The notes: generated by a model from the letters alone, not told the origin. Shown: positions 18,747 through 30,445, counted from the stretch's first letter. The stretch: 45,109 nucleotides of DNA from Candidatus Yonathbacteria bacterium RIFCSPHIGHO2_02_FULL_44_14 (GCA_001823535.1 MHUT01000009.1:1-45109); one strand, 5' to 3'. Numbers and translations: made by a program.

Positions 18747-18968
18747 TTTCAAAACTTTCTGAAGTTCTGACTGATGCGCGCGCATGACCTCCATGGAAGC
18801 CGCTTGCTCCGAACGACCGCTTTTCACTTTTGCCTTAATCTCGTCGCCTATCTTTTTGAAAAGCTCTGGATTCTTTTCTACAAGGGTAATAATGCGGTCA
18901 ATCTCGGCTTCTGGAACGCCTTTCAGCTGGCGCTTAATGACTTGTTTGAGTAAAAATTCTTTTAACAT
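18744..18968 (-). CDS. Small helical hypothetical protein
   Basis: MLKEFLL..VEKNPELFKKI, 74 aa. TAGACT lies 7 nt before the ATG at 18968. Confidence 0.7.
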   Translation of the reverse strand: MLKEFLLKQVIKRQLKGVPEAEIDRIITLVEKNPELFKKIGDEIKAKVKSGRSEQAASMEVMRAHQSELQKVLK

Positions 18969-19021
18969 AAGCGCTAGTCTAACAGAAAACAACTAAAAAG
19001 ACAAAAAGTTAACGACGGTTT

Positions 19022-20014
19022 TTAATGTGCGCCCGCAGCATTTATGCAGCTATTGAACGCCTGTACCCCAGCATTATAATTTGCAACAAGTATGCGATTA
19101 TTCCCCACAAGGGCATTGTACTCTGGCACCATCACATTATACTCGCTTACGTACATGTTGTAGTCATATTCGCTTACCGGCGTCGCGTCAATCAGCGCCT
19201 TTTTTACATCGAGTTCTGTGCGCAGGTTTGCAATCTTTATGTTGTTCGCATCAATCTGAGACTTGAGTACGTAGTCAATCGCAGGGCACGCAGACAGTGG
19301 CATCCCAAAACTTTGTACCGCTATCCACGTCTCATTCCCCTCATATATTCCCTTGCCTACCGCAGCACCAATCTCCTGATAGTGGACGTTCAGAATATTT
19401 GCACGATGCCCCGGGCTATTCATCCACGCAGTTACCACGCCTTGGTCTGAACCAAAATCCCCGAGGGCAAGATTTTCTCCGACGATTACATACGCATACC
19501 CAACGGCTTTAGCGAGATCTGCAGGCCCCACCCCTATGGGTGACACATGCTCAAAATATTGCTTGGCGAACATATCATCAACCTTCATTTGCGCATCGCG
19601 ATTGAGAACAGTATTTTCTGCAAGCGCGGGAAGTCCGCCATTCTGCGCGCGCTCAATATTGGTGTGCTCGATGACACCCAGAATAGAGAGTGCTGAAGTT
19701 GTTGGTGCTTGAACCAACACACGGAGAGGTCCCGGCGCGACAACATTTTTTTCTACGACAGGTGTCTTTAGAATCAGACTGCCATTAGTTTTCGTTGGCG
19801 AAGCGACAGGCGCTTTTGCGACAACTTTCTTTTGCGACACTTGCGCTGTCGTAGTGGATTTTGTTGTTTCTTTTTTAACAACGACAGCAGGCACTTCTTG
19901 CACTTTGGTCACCTCGCGGGGTCCCACTGTTTGTCCGAAATAATTATACGAAAAAACGCCTGCTCCGATGAGCATCAAAATCCCCGCAAGAATTTTTAAT
20001 AGTTGCCCAAACAT
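19022..20014 (-). CDS. CAP/SCP domain protein with N-terminal anchor and C-terminal coiled coil
   Basis: TNIERAQNGG, YFEHVSP, VGENLA, WMNSPGHRANIL. Confidence 0.9.
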   Translation of the reverse strand: MFGQLLKILAGILMLIGAGVFSYNYFGQTVGPREVTKVQEVPAVVVKKETTKSTTTAQVSQKKVVAKAPVASPTKTNGSLILKTPVVEKNVVAPGPLRVLVQAPTTSALSILGVIEHTNIERAQNGGLPALAENTVLNRDAQMKVDDMFAKQYFEHVSPIGVGPADLAKAVGYAYVIVGENLALGDFGSDQGVVTAWMNSPGHRANILNVHYQEIGAAVGKGIYEGNETWIAVQSFGMPLSACPAIDYVLKSQIDANNIKIANLRTELDVKKALIDATPVSEYDYNMYVSEYNVMVPEYNALVGNNRILVANYNAGVQAFNSCINAAGAH

Positions 20015-20018
20015 AGTG

Positions 20019-20792
20019 TTATTTTTTTAAAACCTCCAGAAAGAGGAACATTGGTATTTCTTTGCGTGCTTTGTCCTCTGCTTTCTTTCGCGGACCAAGC
20101 TCGCTTTCCCTATGCGAGAGCCACTCTTCAAGACGCGCGACAACAAACCCGCTGTTAGCAAGCGTTTTGAAATAATACTGAAGCGGGCGATGAAACGAGA
20201 TCGTTGTCTTGCTGTCGCGCTTGCTTGGGTTCATCTCAATTTCAACTTTTGACTCGGACATATAGCTGTCGATTCGGCGGTACTGCGTTTTGGTTGCTTC
20301 GTCATAGCCCCACGCACTTGCTTTTGGAATACGGAAAGCGGGATGATTGAGGACAATAAAAAGTTTCCCCCCAGGAACAAGAACGCGCGCGCATTCTTTA
20401 AAAACCTTGTGTGGTGCTTCAATATTCTGAATCGCGAGTATGATTACAATTTTATCGAATGAATTGTCCTCAAAAAGCGAGAGGTCTTCTGCAGAGTGCG
20501 GAAAATATTTTATTTCCTTTGTTGATTCTTTTTTTGCAATAAGGATGAGCTGTTTCCCGAGGTCCACCCCAGTCGTATCCGCACCCTCAGCAAAAAATGC
20601 ACGGGTGAAAAATCCCTGCCCGCACGCGAGATCGAGTACCTTCTCCCCTTTCTTGATTGCCATTGCTCGCAAAATGTTTGGTAAAATCACCCGCGATTGA
20701 TAAGTATCATCACCCGCAAGAAGCGTGTCGTACCAATGCGCCACACCACCCCAGGAAGTTGTTTTTGTCTTTTTAGTTTCCTTGTTTGCCAT
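20019..20792 (-). CDS. Class I SAM-dependent methyltransferase
   Basis: VLDLACGQG, GVDLG, FDKIVII, ARVLVPGGKL. Confidence 0.88.
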   Translation of the reverse strand: MANKETKKTKTTSWGGVAHWYDTLLAGDDTYQSRVILPNILRAMAIKKGEKVLDLACGQGFFTRAFFAEGADTTGVDLGKQLILIAKKESTKEIKYFPHSAEDLSLFEDNSFDKIVIILAIQNIEAPHKVFKECARVLVPGGKLFIVLNHPAFRIPKASAWGYDEATKTQYRRIDSYMSESKVEIEMNPSKRDSKTTISFHRPLQYYFKTLANSGFVVARLEEWLSHRESELGPRKKAEDKARKEIPMFLFLEVLKK

Positions 20793-20834
20793 GTTATTGT
20801 TGATTCTAACATATAATTGTAGTATTGTGACCCT

Positions 20835-21340
20835 ATGAAATGGATTTTATTTACTGGCACATGGCGCCTCACCAACAGTGAAGTTGAGGAGGATGTGCGC
20901 AAGGCCGCACGCGAGGTTATCGCTTGTGGTGACGGCGTACTCACGGGGGGGCAACAGGAGTTGATTATTTTGCAATGGACGAGGTGCTTAAACATAATCC
21001 AACCGCATCGCACTTGCGTGTGATTATTCCTGCTCGCCTTGAGAACTACCTCGAAGACTATTTTACAAACTGGTGCCACGAACCGATCACTCAAAAAGAT
21101 ATCGACAACCTTGCGAACATTTTAAAACACATCAAAAAAGTGAGCCCTGCAAGCTTGCTAGAAATGCCCTATAAAATAATCACTCAGGAGCATTACAACT
21201 TGCGCCATGACCAGGAAGTTATGTACTCAGATGAAGTGCACGCGTTCCAAGTAAATGAGAGCATGGGGACTCAAGACACTATTGATAAATCCTCAATAGC
21301 AGGGCTTCCTACCACGCACCACAAAAAATACAGAATATAA
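20835..21340 (+). pseudogene. SLOG (DprA/YspA-like Rossmann) family gene, frameshifted in a G7 tract
   Basis: ORF 20835-21023 reads ..GVLTGG and the overlapping frame continues ATGVDYFAMDEVL. One extra G in 20945-20951 restores TGGATGVD. Confidence 0.75.
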
Positions 21341-21349
21341 AAAGGTATT

Positions 21350-21580
21350 CTAATGCAACAGATCCTTACTCTGAACAGAAAACTCCTCTTGGCTAGCATT
21401 ATCATGTTTCAAAAACCCTTTTCCGTGACAATTTGCGCACACCTTACCATCGCTAAAAATATTCGCATTGACACGCCCTTTCCCAGAACACTCCACGCAC
21501 ATCCCCTCTAGCCCTCTTGCCTTAAGCTCCAATGTATCCATATTATCTACGTTTCTGCCAAATGATTCAAAGATATTCAT
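21350..21580 (-). CDS. Small DnaJ-type zinc-finger protein
   Basis: CVECSGKG and CANCHGKG. TATAAT lies 7 nt before the ATG at 21580. Confidence 0.7.
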   Translation of the reverse strand: MNIFESFGRNVDNMDTLELKARGLEGMCVECSGKGRVNANIFSDGKVCANCHGKGFLKHDNASQEEFSVQSKDLLH

Positions 21581-21625
21581 AATGTACATTATAACTCACT
21601 AATCTAAATATGCTACAATCGGCGC

Positions 21626-22186
21626 ATGAACAAAGCCAATGAGCTTAAAAGGCTCCACAAAAAGTGGCTTGCGAATTGCACGTGTGAGCTACGCGAAATT
21701 GCCACTCAGGGTGTGCCTGGAGACGGCAATGCAAACGCACAGATCGTATTCATTGGAGAAGCGCCAGGAGCGAGAGAAGATAGAGAGGGGCGACCATTTA
21801 TTGGCTCAGCGGGGAAGTTTCTTGATGAAATGCTTGAGAGTATCAAAATGAGGCGTGAGGATGTTTACATTACGAACATTGTAAAATATCGTCCTCCAAA
21901 CAATCGCGACCCGCTTCAGTCAGAAATCGCCGCCTGCGCAAAGTGGCTTGAAGAAGAAATAAAACTCATTGACCCCGCACTCATTGTTTTTCTCGGGCGC
22001 CATTCAATGAACCACTTTTTTCCTCATGAAAAAATATCCGAGGTTCACGGCACACTACTTAGTACGAAATACTTTGCCAAACCTCGCCGCTTCCTCCCCC
22101 TCTATCACCCCGCCGCCGCACTTTACAACGGCTCTCTCCGTGAAGTCCTAAAAACTGACTTTAAAAAGATACCTCGCTTGCTATAA
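21626..22186 (+). CDS. Uracil-DNA glycosylase, family 4
   Basis: [42 protein letters not shown]. Confidence 0.93.
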   Translation: MNKANELKRLHKKWLANCTCELREIATQGVPGDGNANAQIVFIGEAPGAREDREGRPFIGSAGKFLDEMLESIKMRREDVYITNIVKYRPPNNRDPLQSEIAACAKWLEEEIKLIDPALIVFLGRHSMNHFFPHEKISEVHGTLLSTKYFAKPRRFLPLYHPAAALYNGSLREVLKTDFKKIPRLL

Positions 22187-22215
22187 AATAACCACAAAAA
22201 GTGGCAAAAATGGGG

Positions 22216-22243
22216 TTGACTTTTTCTGAGGTACTGGTATAAT
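22216..22243 (+). promoter_or_regulatory. Sigma70 promoter with extended -10 (cassette 1)
   Basis: TTGACT-16-TATAAT, with TGG immediately before the -10. Confidence 0.75.
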
Positions 22244-22255
22244 ACAACGAGAATC

Positions 22256-22343
22256 GAGGTGCTCTTTGAGAGCCTTGTATATTTTATTAACCTTTCTCCT
22301 TGTAGGGATCTTCCCTTCAAGGAGACCACGACAAGAGAATTTT
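22256..22343 (+). repeat. 88-nt structured leader, copy 1
   Basis: Base-for-base identical to 23111-23198. Confidence 0.95.
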
Positions 22344-22355
22344 AGGAGGATTATA

Positions 22356-22952
22356 GTGAATACTCCACTAATAGATCTTGGAGTGAGTTGCGGTGGACTC
22401 GGCGGTTTTTTCGCTAAAGAGAAAAGACTAACCGGGCCAAACTACAGGCATGGTGAGTTGCTCTTGATTCCACTCCCGCCAGAAGGTACATGGCAGGACG
22501 AAGATCCACGCTTAGTCACTGCCCTGGTGTATTCTCCGGTATCCGCGGAAGAAGTGATGGGGAAGAATTTTTTCGGACGTACCGCGTACGAGAAAGAACT
22601 TAGACTTAACAAGAGCCTCCCAGAAAAACACTATCTTAAATTGGGCTTACCGGGTGTTGTTCCATTTTTCTTGGACACACTCAATTCTCCATGTCCGTTC
22701 GTCAAAGGAAGATTGATCCGCCACACGCATGTGCTTATGATATTGGAAAAACGCGCATGGAAAGGAAAAGTCCCCTGCAAAAGTGATAGGTGGAAACTAG
22801 GGTGGGTTCTCTGTCTCAAAGGACCTTCATATTCTGTAGAGGCAGCAAGATCCCTGGACCTGCCGCCAGAATACAAGAAAATGTATATGTTAGGAAAAGA
22901 AGAAACCCTGAGTGTCGTAATAGAAAGAAAGTACGACGTAAGGGAGAGATGA
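22356..22952 (+). CDS. Hypothetical protein, paralog 1
   Basis: GTG start 6 nt after AGGAGG. Aligns with 23212-23790 (MGxNFxG, DTLxSPCPF, TH, LPxEYK). Confidence 0.75.
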   Translation: MNTPLIDLGVSCGGLGGFFAKEKRLTGPNYRHGELLLIPLPPEGTWQDEDPRLVTALVYSPVSAEEVMGKNFFGRTAYEKELRLNKSLPEKHYLKLGLPGVVPFFLDTLNSPCPFVKGRLIRHTHVLMILEKRAWKGKVPCKSDRWKLGWVLCLKGPSYSVEAARSLDLPPEYKKMYMLGKEETLSVVIERKYDVRER

Positions 22953-22961
22953 AGTAGTATC

Positions 22962-23005
22962 AATGGGGCTTCGTTGCTTTCGCAAACGAGACCCCATTCT
23001 TTTTA
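22962..23005 (+). terminator. Intrinsic terminator of cassette 1
   Basis: aatggggc..gaccccatt hairpin followed by cttttt. Confidence 0.7.
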
Positions 23006-23071
23006 TAAAATCACTACAGAAATTCAAATCTTCTTCTTAATACATTTTGATACATAGTACCATGCGGGGGA

Positions 23072-23099
23072 TTGACATTTTCTCTTGTACTGGTATAAT
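23072..23099 (+). promoter_or_regulatory. Sigma70 promoter with extended -10 (cassette 2)
   Basis: TTGACA-16-TATAAT. Shares gtactggtataat with cassette 1. Confidence 0.8.
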
Positions 23100-23110
23100 T
23101 AAACTTGGAT

Positions 23111-23198
23111 GAGGTGCTCTTTGAGAGCCTTGTATATTTTATTAACCTTTCTCCTTGTAGGGATCTTCCCTTCAAGGAGACCACGACAAGAGAATTTT
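23111..23198 (+). repeat. 88-nt structured leader, copy 2
   Basis: Identical to 22256-22343, offset by 855 nt. Confidence 0.95.
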
Positions 23199-23211
23199 TA
23201 AGGAGAGCACT

Positions 23212-23790
23212 ATGTGTATTCCACAAAAATGCCTTGTTTGGGATAATAGTTGTGGTGGTATCAATGATGAAGAAAATTCGGCTAGGCGATTAGAGTATTG
23301 TGTCACGCCAAGGATCTCAGAAACCGTAGGATGTAATGAGTACGGTGAGTTTGAAGTAACAATCTATAATCAAAGAATATCCGCGCGGAAAATTATGGGC
23401 AGTAATTTTTCCGGACTTTATGAGTTTGAAAAAGAAGCGGGGCTTCCAATGCTGTCAGAAAAAGAGTATGTACGGCGTGGCCTTACGTGCCGTGTTCCAT
23501 GGACAGCAGATACGTTACTGTCTCCGTGTCCATTCCACGAAGGGCTGCGCATTTGCCAAACTCATTTTCTTGGTCTGGTAGAAGTTCGTAAATGGGAAGG
23601 AATACTTCATTCCTCAGAAAGCCCTTATGAGCTACAATGGATTCTCCAGCTAATAAGGACTCCGCTTACCGAGGAAGAAGTTTTGTCGTTAGTCCTACCA
23701 GTAGAATATAAACCTCAACGGATGCTCGACGAGGAACAAAACAAAGTCGTGTTCCTCATCAAAAGGAAACCGGACAGAGAGGAATACTGA
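23212..23790 (+). CDS. Hypothetical protein, paralog 2
   Basis: AAGGAG SD. Clear but distant similarity to 22356-22952. Confidence 0.75.
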   Translation: MCIPQKCLVWDNSCGGINDEENSARRLEYCVTPRISETVGCNEYGEFEVTIYNQRISARKIMGSNFSGLYEFEKEAGLPMLSEKEYVRRGLTCRVPWTADTLLSPCPFHEGLRICQTHFLGLVEVRKWEGILHSSESPYELQWILQLIRTPLTEEEVLSLVLPVEYKPQRMLDEEQNKVVFLIKRKPDREEY

Positions 23791-23807
23791 GTAATTTGAA
23801 TTTGAAT

Positions 23808-23844
23808 AAAGACTCTTTTGCGTAAGCAAGGGAGTCTTTTTTTT
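23808..23844. terminator. Terminator between cassette 2 and the convergent atpC
   Basis: aaagactcttttgc-gtaa-gcaagggagtctttttttt. Confidence 0.75.
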
Positions 23845-24079
23845 ACAAGATTACGGTCGCTTCGTTACCGCCAACCTCAAGAATACCGTCTGTTACCGCA
23901 ATGCGTATTTCTTTTCCCTCACTATCAACTACCTTAAGCTCACCCTTTTTGAGTGGTGTTACGAGCGGTGCATGATGAGGAAGTATGGTGAGATCACCCA
24001 AAGCGCCCGTGCAAGACAAGCTCGCAGCCATGCCTTTGAAAAGCACTTCATCTACCTTTGCTATGGTGAGCTTCATCAT
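23843..24079 (-). CDS. atpC: ATP synthase epsilon, beta-sandwich domain only
   Basis: GDLTILPHHAPLVTPLKKG, DGILEV; last gene of the atp operon. Confidence 0.88.
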   Translation of the reverse strand: MMKLTIAKVDEVLFKGMAASLSCTGALGDLTILPHHAPLVTPLKKGELKVVDSEGKEIRIAVTDGILEVGGNEATVIL

Positions 24080-24120
24080 GATGTTGATTTTAAAGGAGCG
24101 AAGCGACTATTAAAATCACT

Positions 24121-24216
24121 ACCCCGCCCATTCTTATTCTAATAACATTACTATTTTAAAATACTTTATACAATTTTCTTACAATTTGAACAATCGCCAC
24201 AATGAATGGGCGGGGT
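24121..24216. repeat. 13-bp inverted repeat around an AT-rich spacer
   Basis: accccgcccattc (24121-24133) / gaatgggcggggt (24204-24216). Confidence 0.75.
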
Positions 24217-24234
24217 TGGCAAAATACAGTCGTC

Positions 24235-26591
<2,357 letters not shown>

Positions 26592-26607
26592 GGCAGTTTA
26601 AATAATA

Positions 26608-28173
26608 CTAGTGAACAATAAAGAGTTCTGGGTGCGAGGTTACAAAATCCGCAAGCGCAAGTTTCAGGTTCTCTTCGGTGGGCGAGAGAATCGCACGATC
26701 CTTTCGAATCGCCCCAACAATACCCGATGCATGATGGTCGAAGTACTCCATCAACTTCTCCTCAAAGAGGTGCATATCCTCAACTTTCACCTTATCAATC
26801 ACTCCAGAAATACCCGCGTAGATCACAATAACTTCCTTCTCAAACGAAAGCGGTTTGCCATTTGTCTGCTTCAAGAGCTCCGAGAGTCTTCGACCTTTTT
26901 CGATGCGCTCTTTTGTTTCTTTATCGAGGTCGCTTGCAAACTGCATAAACGCTTCAAGCTCGCGAAACTGCGCAAGCTCAAGACGAATCTTGCCAGCAAT
27001 TTTCTTCATCGCTTTTGTTTGTGCATTTGAACCAACGCGAGAAACCGAGAGTCCCACGTTCACTGCAGGTCGCATACCCTTGTTGAAGAGGTCGGTGTCG
27101 AGATATATCTGTCCGTCCGTAATCGAAATCACATTGGTTGGAATATACGCAGACACATCGCCCTGCTGCGTTTCGATGATAGGGAGCGCTGTGAGCGATC
27201 CACCCCCAAGTTTTTCTGATAGTTTCGCAGCGCGTTCAAGAAGGCGTGAGTGGAGATAAAAGATATCTCCCGGATACGCTTCACGTCCTGGCGGGCGGCG
27301 GAGCAAGAGGGACATTTGGCGATATGCCACCGCGTGCTTTGAAAGGTCATCGTAGATAACGAGTGCATCTTTGCCTTTGAGCATAAAAAATTCACCAATC
27401 GTTGCGCCCGTAAATGGTGCCAGATACTGAAGCGCAGCTGCCTCTGATGCGCCAGCAACAACAACGATTGTATACGCCATAGCTCCGCGCTCCTCAAGGT
27501 CGCCCACGATACGCGCAATCTTTGATTCCTTCTGTCCAATGGCAACATAAATACAAATTGGACGAGTTTCTTTTGACTCAGTAATTTGGTTTAAAATAGT
27601 ATCGAGCGCGATTGCAGTCTTGCCGGTACCGCGATCGCCAATAATAAGCTCGCGTTGCCCGCGACCTATTGGAATCATCGAGTCGATTGCTTTGATACCA
27701 GTATGAATAGGAGTATCAACACCTGCGCGATCGATAACACCGAATGCGATACGCTCAATAGGAAGCCGACCTTCCTCCTTAATTGCACCCTTTCCATCAA
27801 TAGGCTCACCGAGAGCATTCACTACGCGCCCAACCATGGCATTTGATACGGGGATTGAGAGTGTCTTGCCGGTGCCTTTTACCACCATCCCTTCACTAAT
27901 GCGGTCCGCTCCGGACAAAATAACAGCCTTCACAAAATCCTCTTCGAGGTTGAGCACGAAACCGACTATAGGTTCTGCATCAAGAGTGTCCTTGAGATGC
28001 TTACCTCCTGCAGCCTCGAAAATAACCATTTCCGCCATCATTGCCCCTTGAAGTCCGTCTATTTCGGCGATACCGTCGCCCGCTTTAACCACCGTTCCCA
28101 CGCGTTCAACCGACGTCTTTGGTTCAAGCGCTTCAATTTCTTTTCTGATTTTTTCTATAAGAATCGTATTCAT
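26608..28173 (-). CDS. atpA: ATP synthase alpha
   Basis: [38 protein letters not shown]. Confidence 0.98.
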   Translation of the reverse strand: MNTILIEKIRKEIEALEPKTSVERVGTVVKAGDGIAEIDGLQGAMMAEMVIFEAAGGKHLKDTLDAEPIVGFVLNLEEDFVKAVILSGADRISEGMVVKGTGKTLSIPVSNAMVGRVVNALGEPIDGKGAIKEEGRLPIERIAFGVIDRAGVDTPIHTGIKAIDSMIPIGRGQRELIIGDRGTGKTAIALDTILNQITESKETRPICIYVAIGQKESKIARIVGDLEERGAMAYTIVVVAGASEAAALQYLAPFTGATIGEFFMLKGKDALVIYDDLSKHAVAYRQMSLLLRRPPGREAYPGDIFYLHSRLLERAAKLSEKLGGGSLTALPIIETQQGDVSAYIPTNVISITDGQIYLDTDLFNKGMRPAVNVGLSVSRVGSNAQTKAMKKIAGKIRLELAQFRELEAFMQFASDLDKETKERIEKGRRLSELLKQTNGKPLSFEKEVIVIYAGISGVIDKVKVEDMHLFEEKLMEYFDHHASGIVGAIRKDRAILSPTEENLKLALADFVTSHPELFIVH

Positions 28174-28193
28174 AATTTTTGATTTTGGTGGTT

Positions 28194-28601
28194 CTAGTTG
28201 GTAATGCTTCGGTAAAGTTCGAGAAGGGATTTTTTATAACTGCCGTCTATCAAGGTATCTTTCGTTCGAATTTGAAATCCCCCAACTATCGATTCATCGG
28301 TAACATCACGACGTATCGCACCCTTCGGTATGGCTCCTTCTTTTTCGTAATGGTCATATATGTGTGCCCACTTGTTTTGACTTTTGGCATCTGCGGTCAC
28401 GAGGATGACCTCTTTTTTGATTTTTTCACGAGCAATGATTTTGTCGAGCTCGCGCGCGACAAACGGAAGAAGTCTGTCATGCCCACGCTCCATGACTACT
28501 CTTCTAAAATTCGTGAACACTTTTTTTGAGTCACTTTCGGTCACTACGTGTTCTCCTTGTAGTGCTCCATAGAGCGCCTCTGCATACCATGATGCTTTCA
28601 T
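28194..28601 (-). CDS. atpH: ATP synthase delta
   Basis: YAEALY start, [17 protein letters not shown]; lies between atpF and atpA. Confidence 0.85.
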   Translation of the reverse strand: MKASWYAEALYGALQGEHVVTESDSKKVFTNFRRVVMERGHDRLLPFVARELDKIIAREKIKKEVILVTADAKSQNKWAHIYDHYEKEGAIPKGAIRRDVTDESIVGGFQIRTKDTLIDGSYKKSLLELYRSITN

Positions 28602-28603
28602 GA

Positions 28604-29047
28604 TTATGCTTTTCGAAGAATTTTCTCAGCAGAGAGAATAGCCATGCGCGCGACTTCACGCTCAGCCTTTTCCATCATTTCGTCATGCTCGCGATTAACA
28701 CGGCGCTCTGCTTCATTCAAAAGATGTACAGCCTTTCGATGAGCGTCTTTCATTATTGAAATCTCGGCTGTTTCTGCATGCTTTTTTGCAGCACCTATCA
28801 GCTCGTCTCCTTTTGTTGTTGCCTCACGCAAAATGCGTGCTTTTTCCGCCTCTGCTTGACCAAGCTCAGTCTCCGCTTTTTCTGCATTATGAATCGCATT
28901 TTCTATTTTTGCTCGGCGGGTATCCACCATACTAAGAACTGGTTTGTAAAGAAACTTATAAAGTACGGCGAGGAGCAAGCCAAAATTCAGACCTTGAATA
29001 AGAAGGAGCTTCCAATTGATTCCGAAAATCGAAACGATTTGTTCCAT
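28604..29047 (-). CDS. atpF: ATP synthase b
   Basis: GINWKLLLIQGLNF..KFLYKPVL followed by a coiled coil. Confidence 0.93.
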   Translation of the reverse strand: MEQIVSIFGINWKLLLIQGLNFGLLLAVLYKFLYKPVLSMVDTRRAKIENAIHNAEKAETELGQAEAEKARILREATTKGDELIGAAKKHAETAEISIMKDAHRKAVHLLNEAERRVNREHDEMMEKAEREVARMAILSAEKILRKA

Positions 29048-29068
29048 AGATCGATAAGCGAATAATTA

Positions 29069-29308
<240 letters not shown>

Positions 29309-29321
29309 TTAATTATTAATT

Positions 29322-30065
29322 TTAATGCGCTTCGGTAATCGCCATCTTCACAAAGAAAAGCGTGAGGAGTGCAAAGATCGCCGCCTGGATAAACCCGACG
29401 AAGACCTCAAAGAGCATGATGGGAACTGGAAGCACCATTGGCACGAAATGCTGGATGACCAAGATCATCACTTCGCCTGCAAAAATGTTCCCGAAAAGGC
29501 GAAACGAGTATGAAACCAGTCTCGCCACTTCTGAAAAAAGCTCAATTATTCCCACCATAAACCCCAGGACCGAACTAAGATTAACAAATTTTTTGCTATA
29601 TCTCAAGAAGCCCAGGGTTGCCACCCCGACGACCTCGATTACGACAAACGCGATAATCGTGAGTGCGAGCGTCGTATTGAGGTCAGTATTCATAGAACGG
29701 AGAAGTGGAGTGAACTCCCCACCAGGGTGTGACCACCCTATGCTCCCTATCCCAGGGGTGAACTCGATGAGATTAGCCGTAAAAATAAATAGAAAGATAG
29801 TAACTATGAGCGGGAACAGCTTGCGGGCAAGTTTCTCGTCCTCAAGCGTCTCGGTCATGTAGTCGAGGATTCCCACAAAGAGTGTCTCGATGAGAGTCTG
29901 AAGTCGACCCGGAACAAGAGAGAGATTTTTACGCACAAAGTATGCGAGTGTCCACAAAATTGCAAACACAATAAAACTCATCAACATAGTGTTAGTGACA
30001 GGGACCCCTAAAAAAGTTCCAATTTTTTCCGCAGAGAGTGAGATGTGTATGCTTTTTTCCACCAT
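29322..30065 (-). CDS. atpB: ATP synthase a
   Basis: TDLNTTLAL, SFRLFGNIFAGE, FIQAAIFALLT. Confidence 0.96.
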   Translation of the reverse strand: MVEKSIHISLSAEKIGTFLGVPVTNTMLMSFIVFAILWTLAYFVRKNLSLVPGRLQTLIETLFVGILDYMTETLEDEKLARKLFPLIVTIFLFIFTANLIEFTPGIGSIGWSHPGGEFTPLLRSMNTDLNTTLALTIIAFVVIEVVGVATLGFLRYSKKFVNLSSVLGFMVGIIELFSEVARLVSYSFRLFGNIFAGEVMILVIQHFVPMVLPVPIMLFEVFVGFIQAAIFALLTLFFVKMAITEAH

Positions 30066-30103
30066 ATGAAGATTGCGCGCATTCTAGCAGAAATAGAACC
30101 AAA

Positions 30104-30132
30104 TAAAAAGGGTACGATCTCTCGTACCCTTT
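30104..30132 (-). terminator. Terminator hairpin
   Basis: aaagggtacga-tctc-tcgtacccttt with an A-run (U-tract on the minus strand). Confidence 0.65.
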
Positions 30133-30159
30133 ACTAAAACACACTTGCTTTGTTTTTTC

Positions 30160-30360
30160 TCAACGCCGGCAGCCCCCGCGCTGCCGTGATATCTGCATTC
30201 TGACCGAAGCCATAATGCGTTTCATTTTTGCTTCAACTTGATCAATTGAGGTACAAACCTCGTCAAATGTTGCAATTTGTTTCGAAACTTCCTGCGACGA
30301 GGTATCATTGCCATATTCCTCAGTCACCGCAGACTTAATATTACTAGTGTTAGTAAACAT
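30160..30360 (-). CDS. Small orphan protein (66 aa)
   Basis: GGAAGGAG SD before the ATG and a terminator downstream. Confidence 0.55.
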   Translation of the reverse strand: MFTNTSNIKSAVTEEYGNDTSSQEVSKQIATFDEVCTSIDQVEAKMKRIMASVRMQISRQRGGCRR

Positions 30361-30445
30361 AGCAACTCCTTCCCTGTTTGGTCGTTGTCGAGAAACCTTT
30401 TACTTATGCTAATAACCAGCATAGCAGAAAAACGATAAATTAATA

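Noticed and set aside
22256-22343. Known riboswitch classes (c-di-GMP, c-di-AMP, preQ1, SAM, fluoride, T-box)
   Set aside because: Their hallmark motifs were not seen by eye. An Rfam scan is still required.
22266-22355. Apparent signal peptide on the 228-aa ORF
   Set aside because: It is the translated non-coding 88-nt leader. The identical copy 2 is not in frame with its own gene, and an SD precedes the GTG at 22356.
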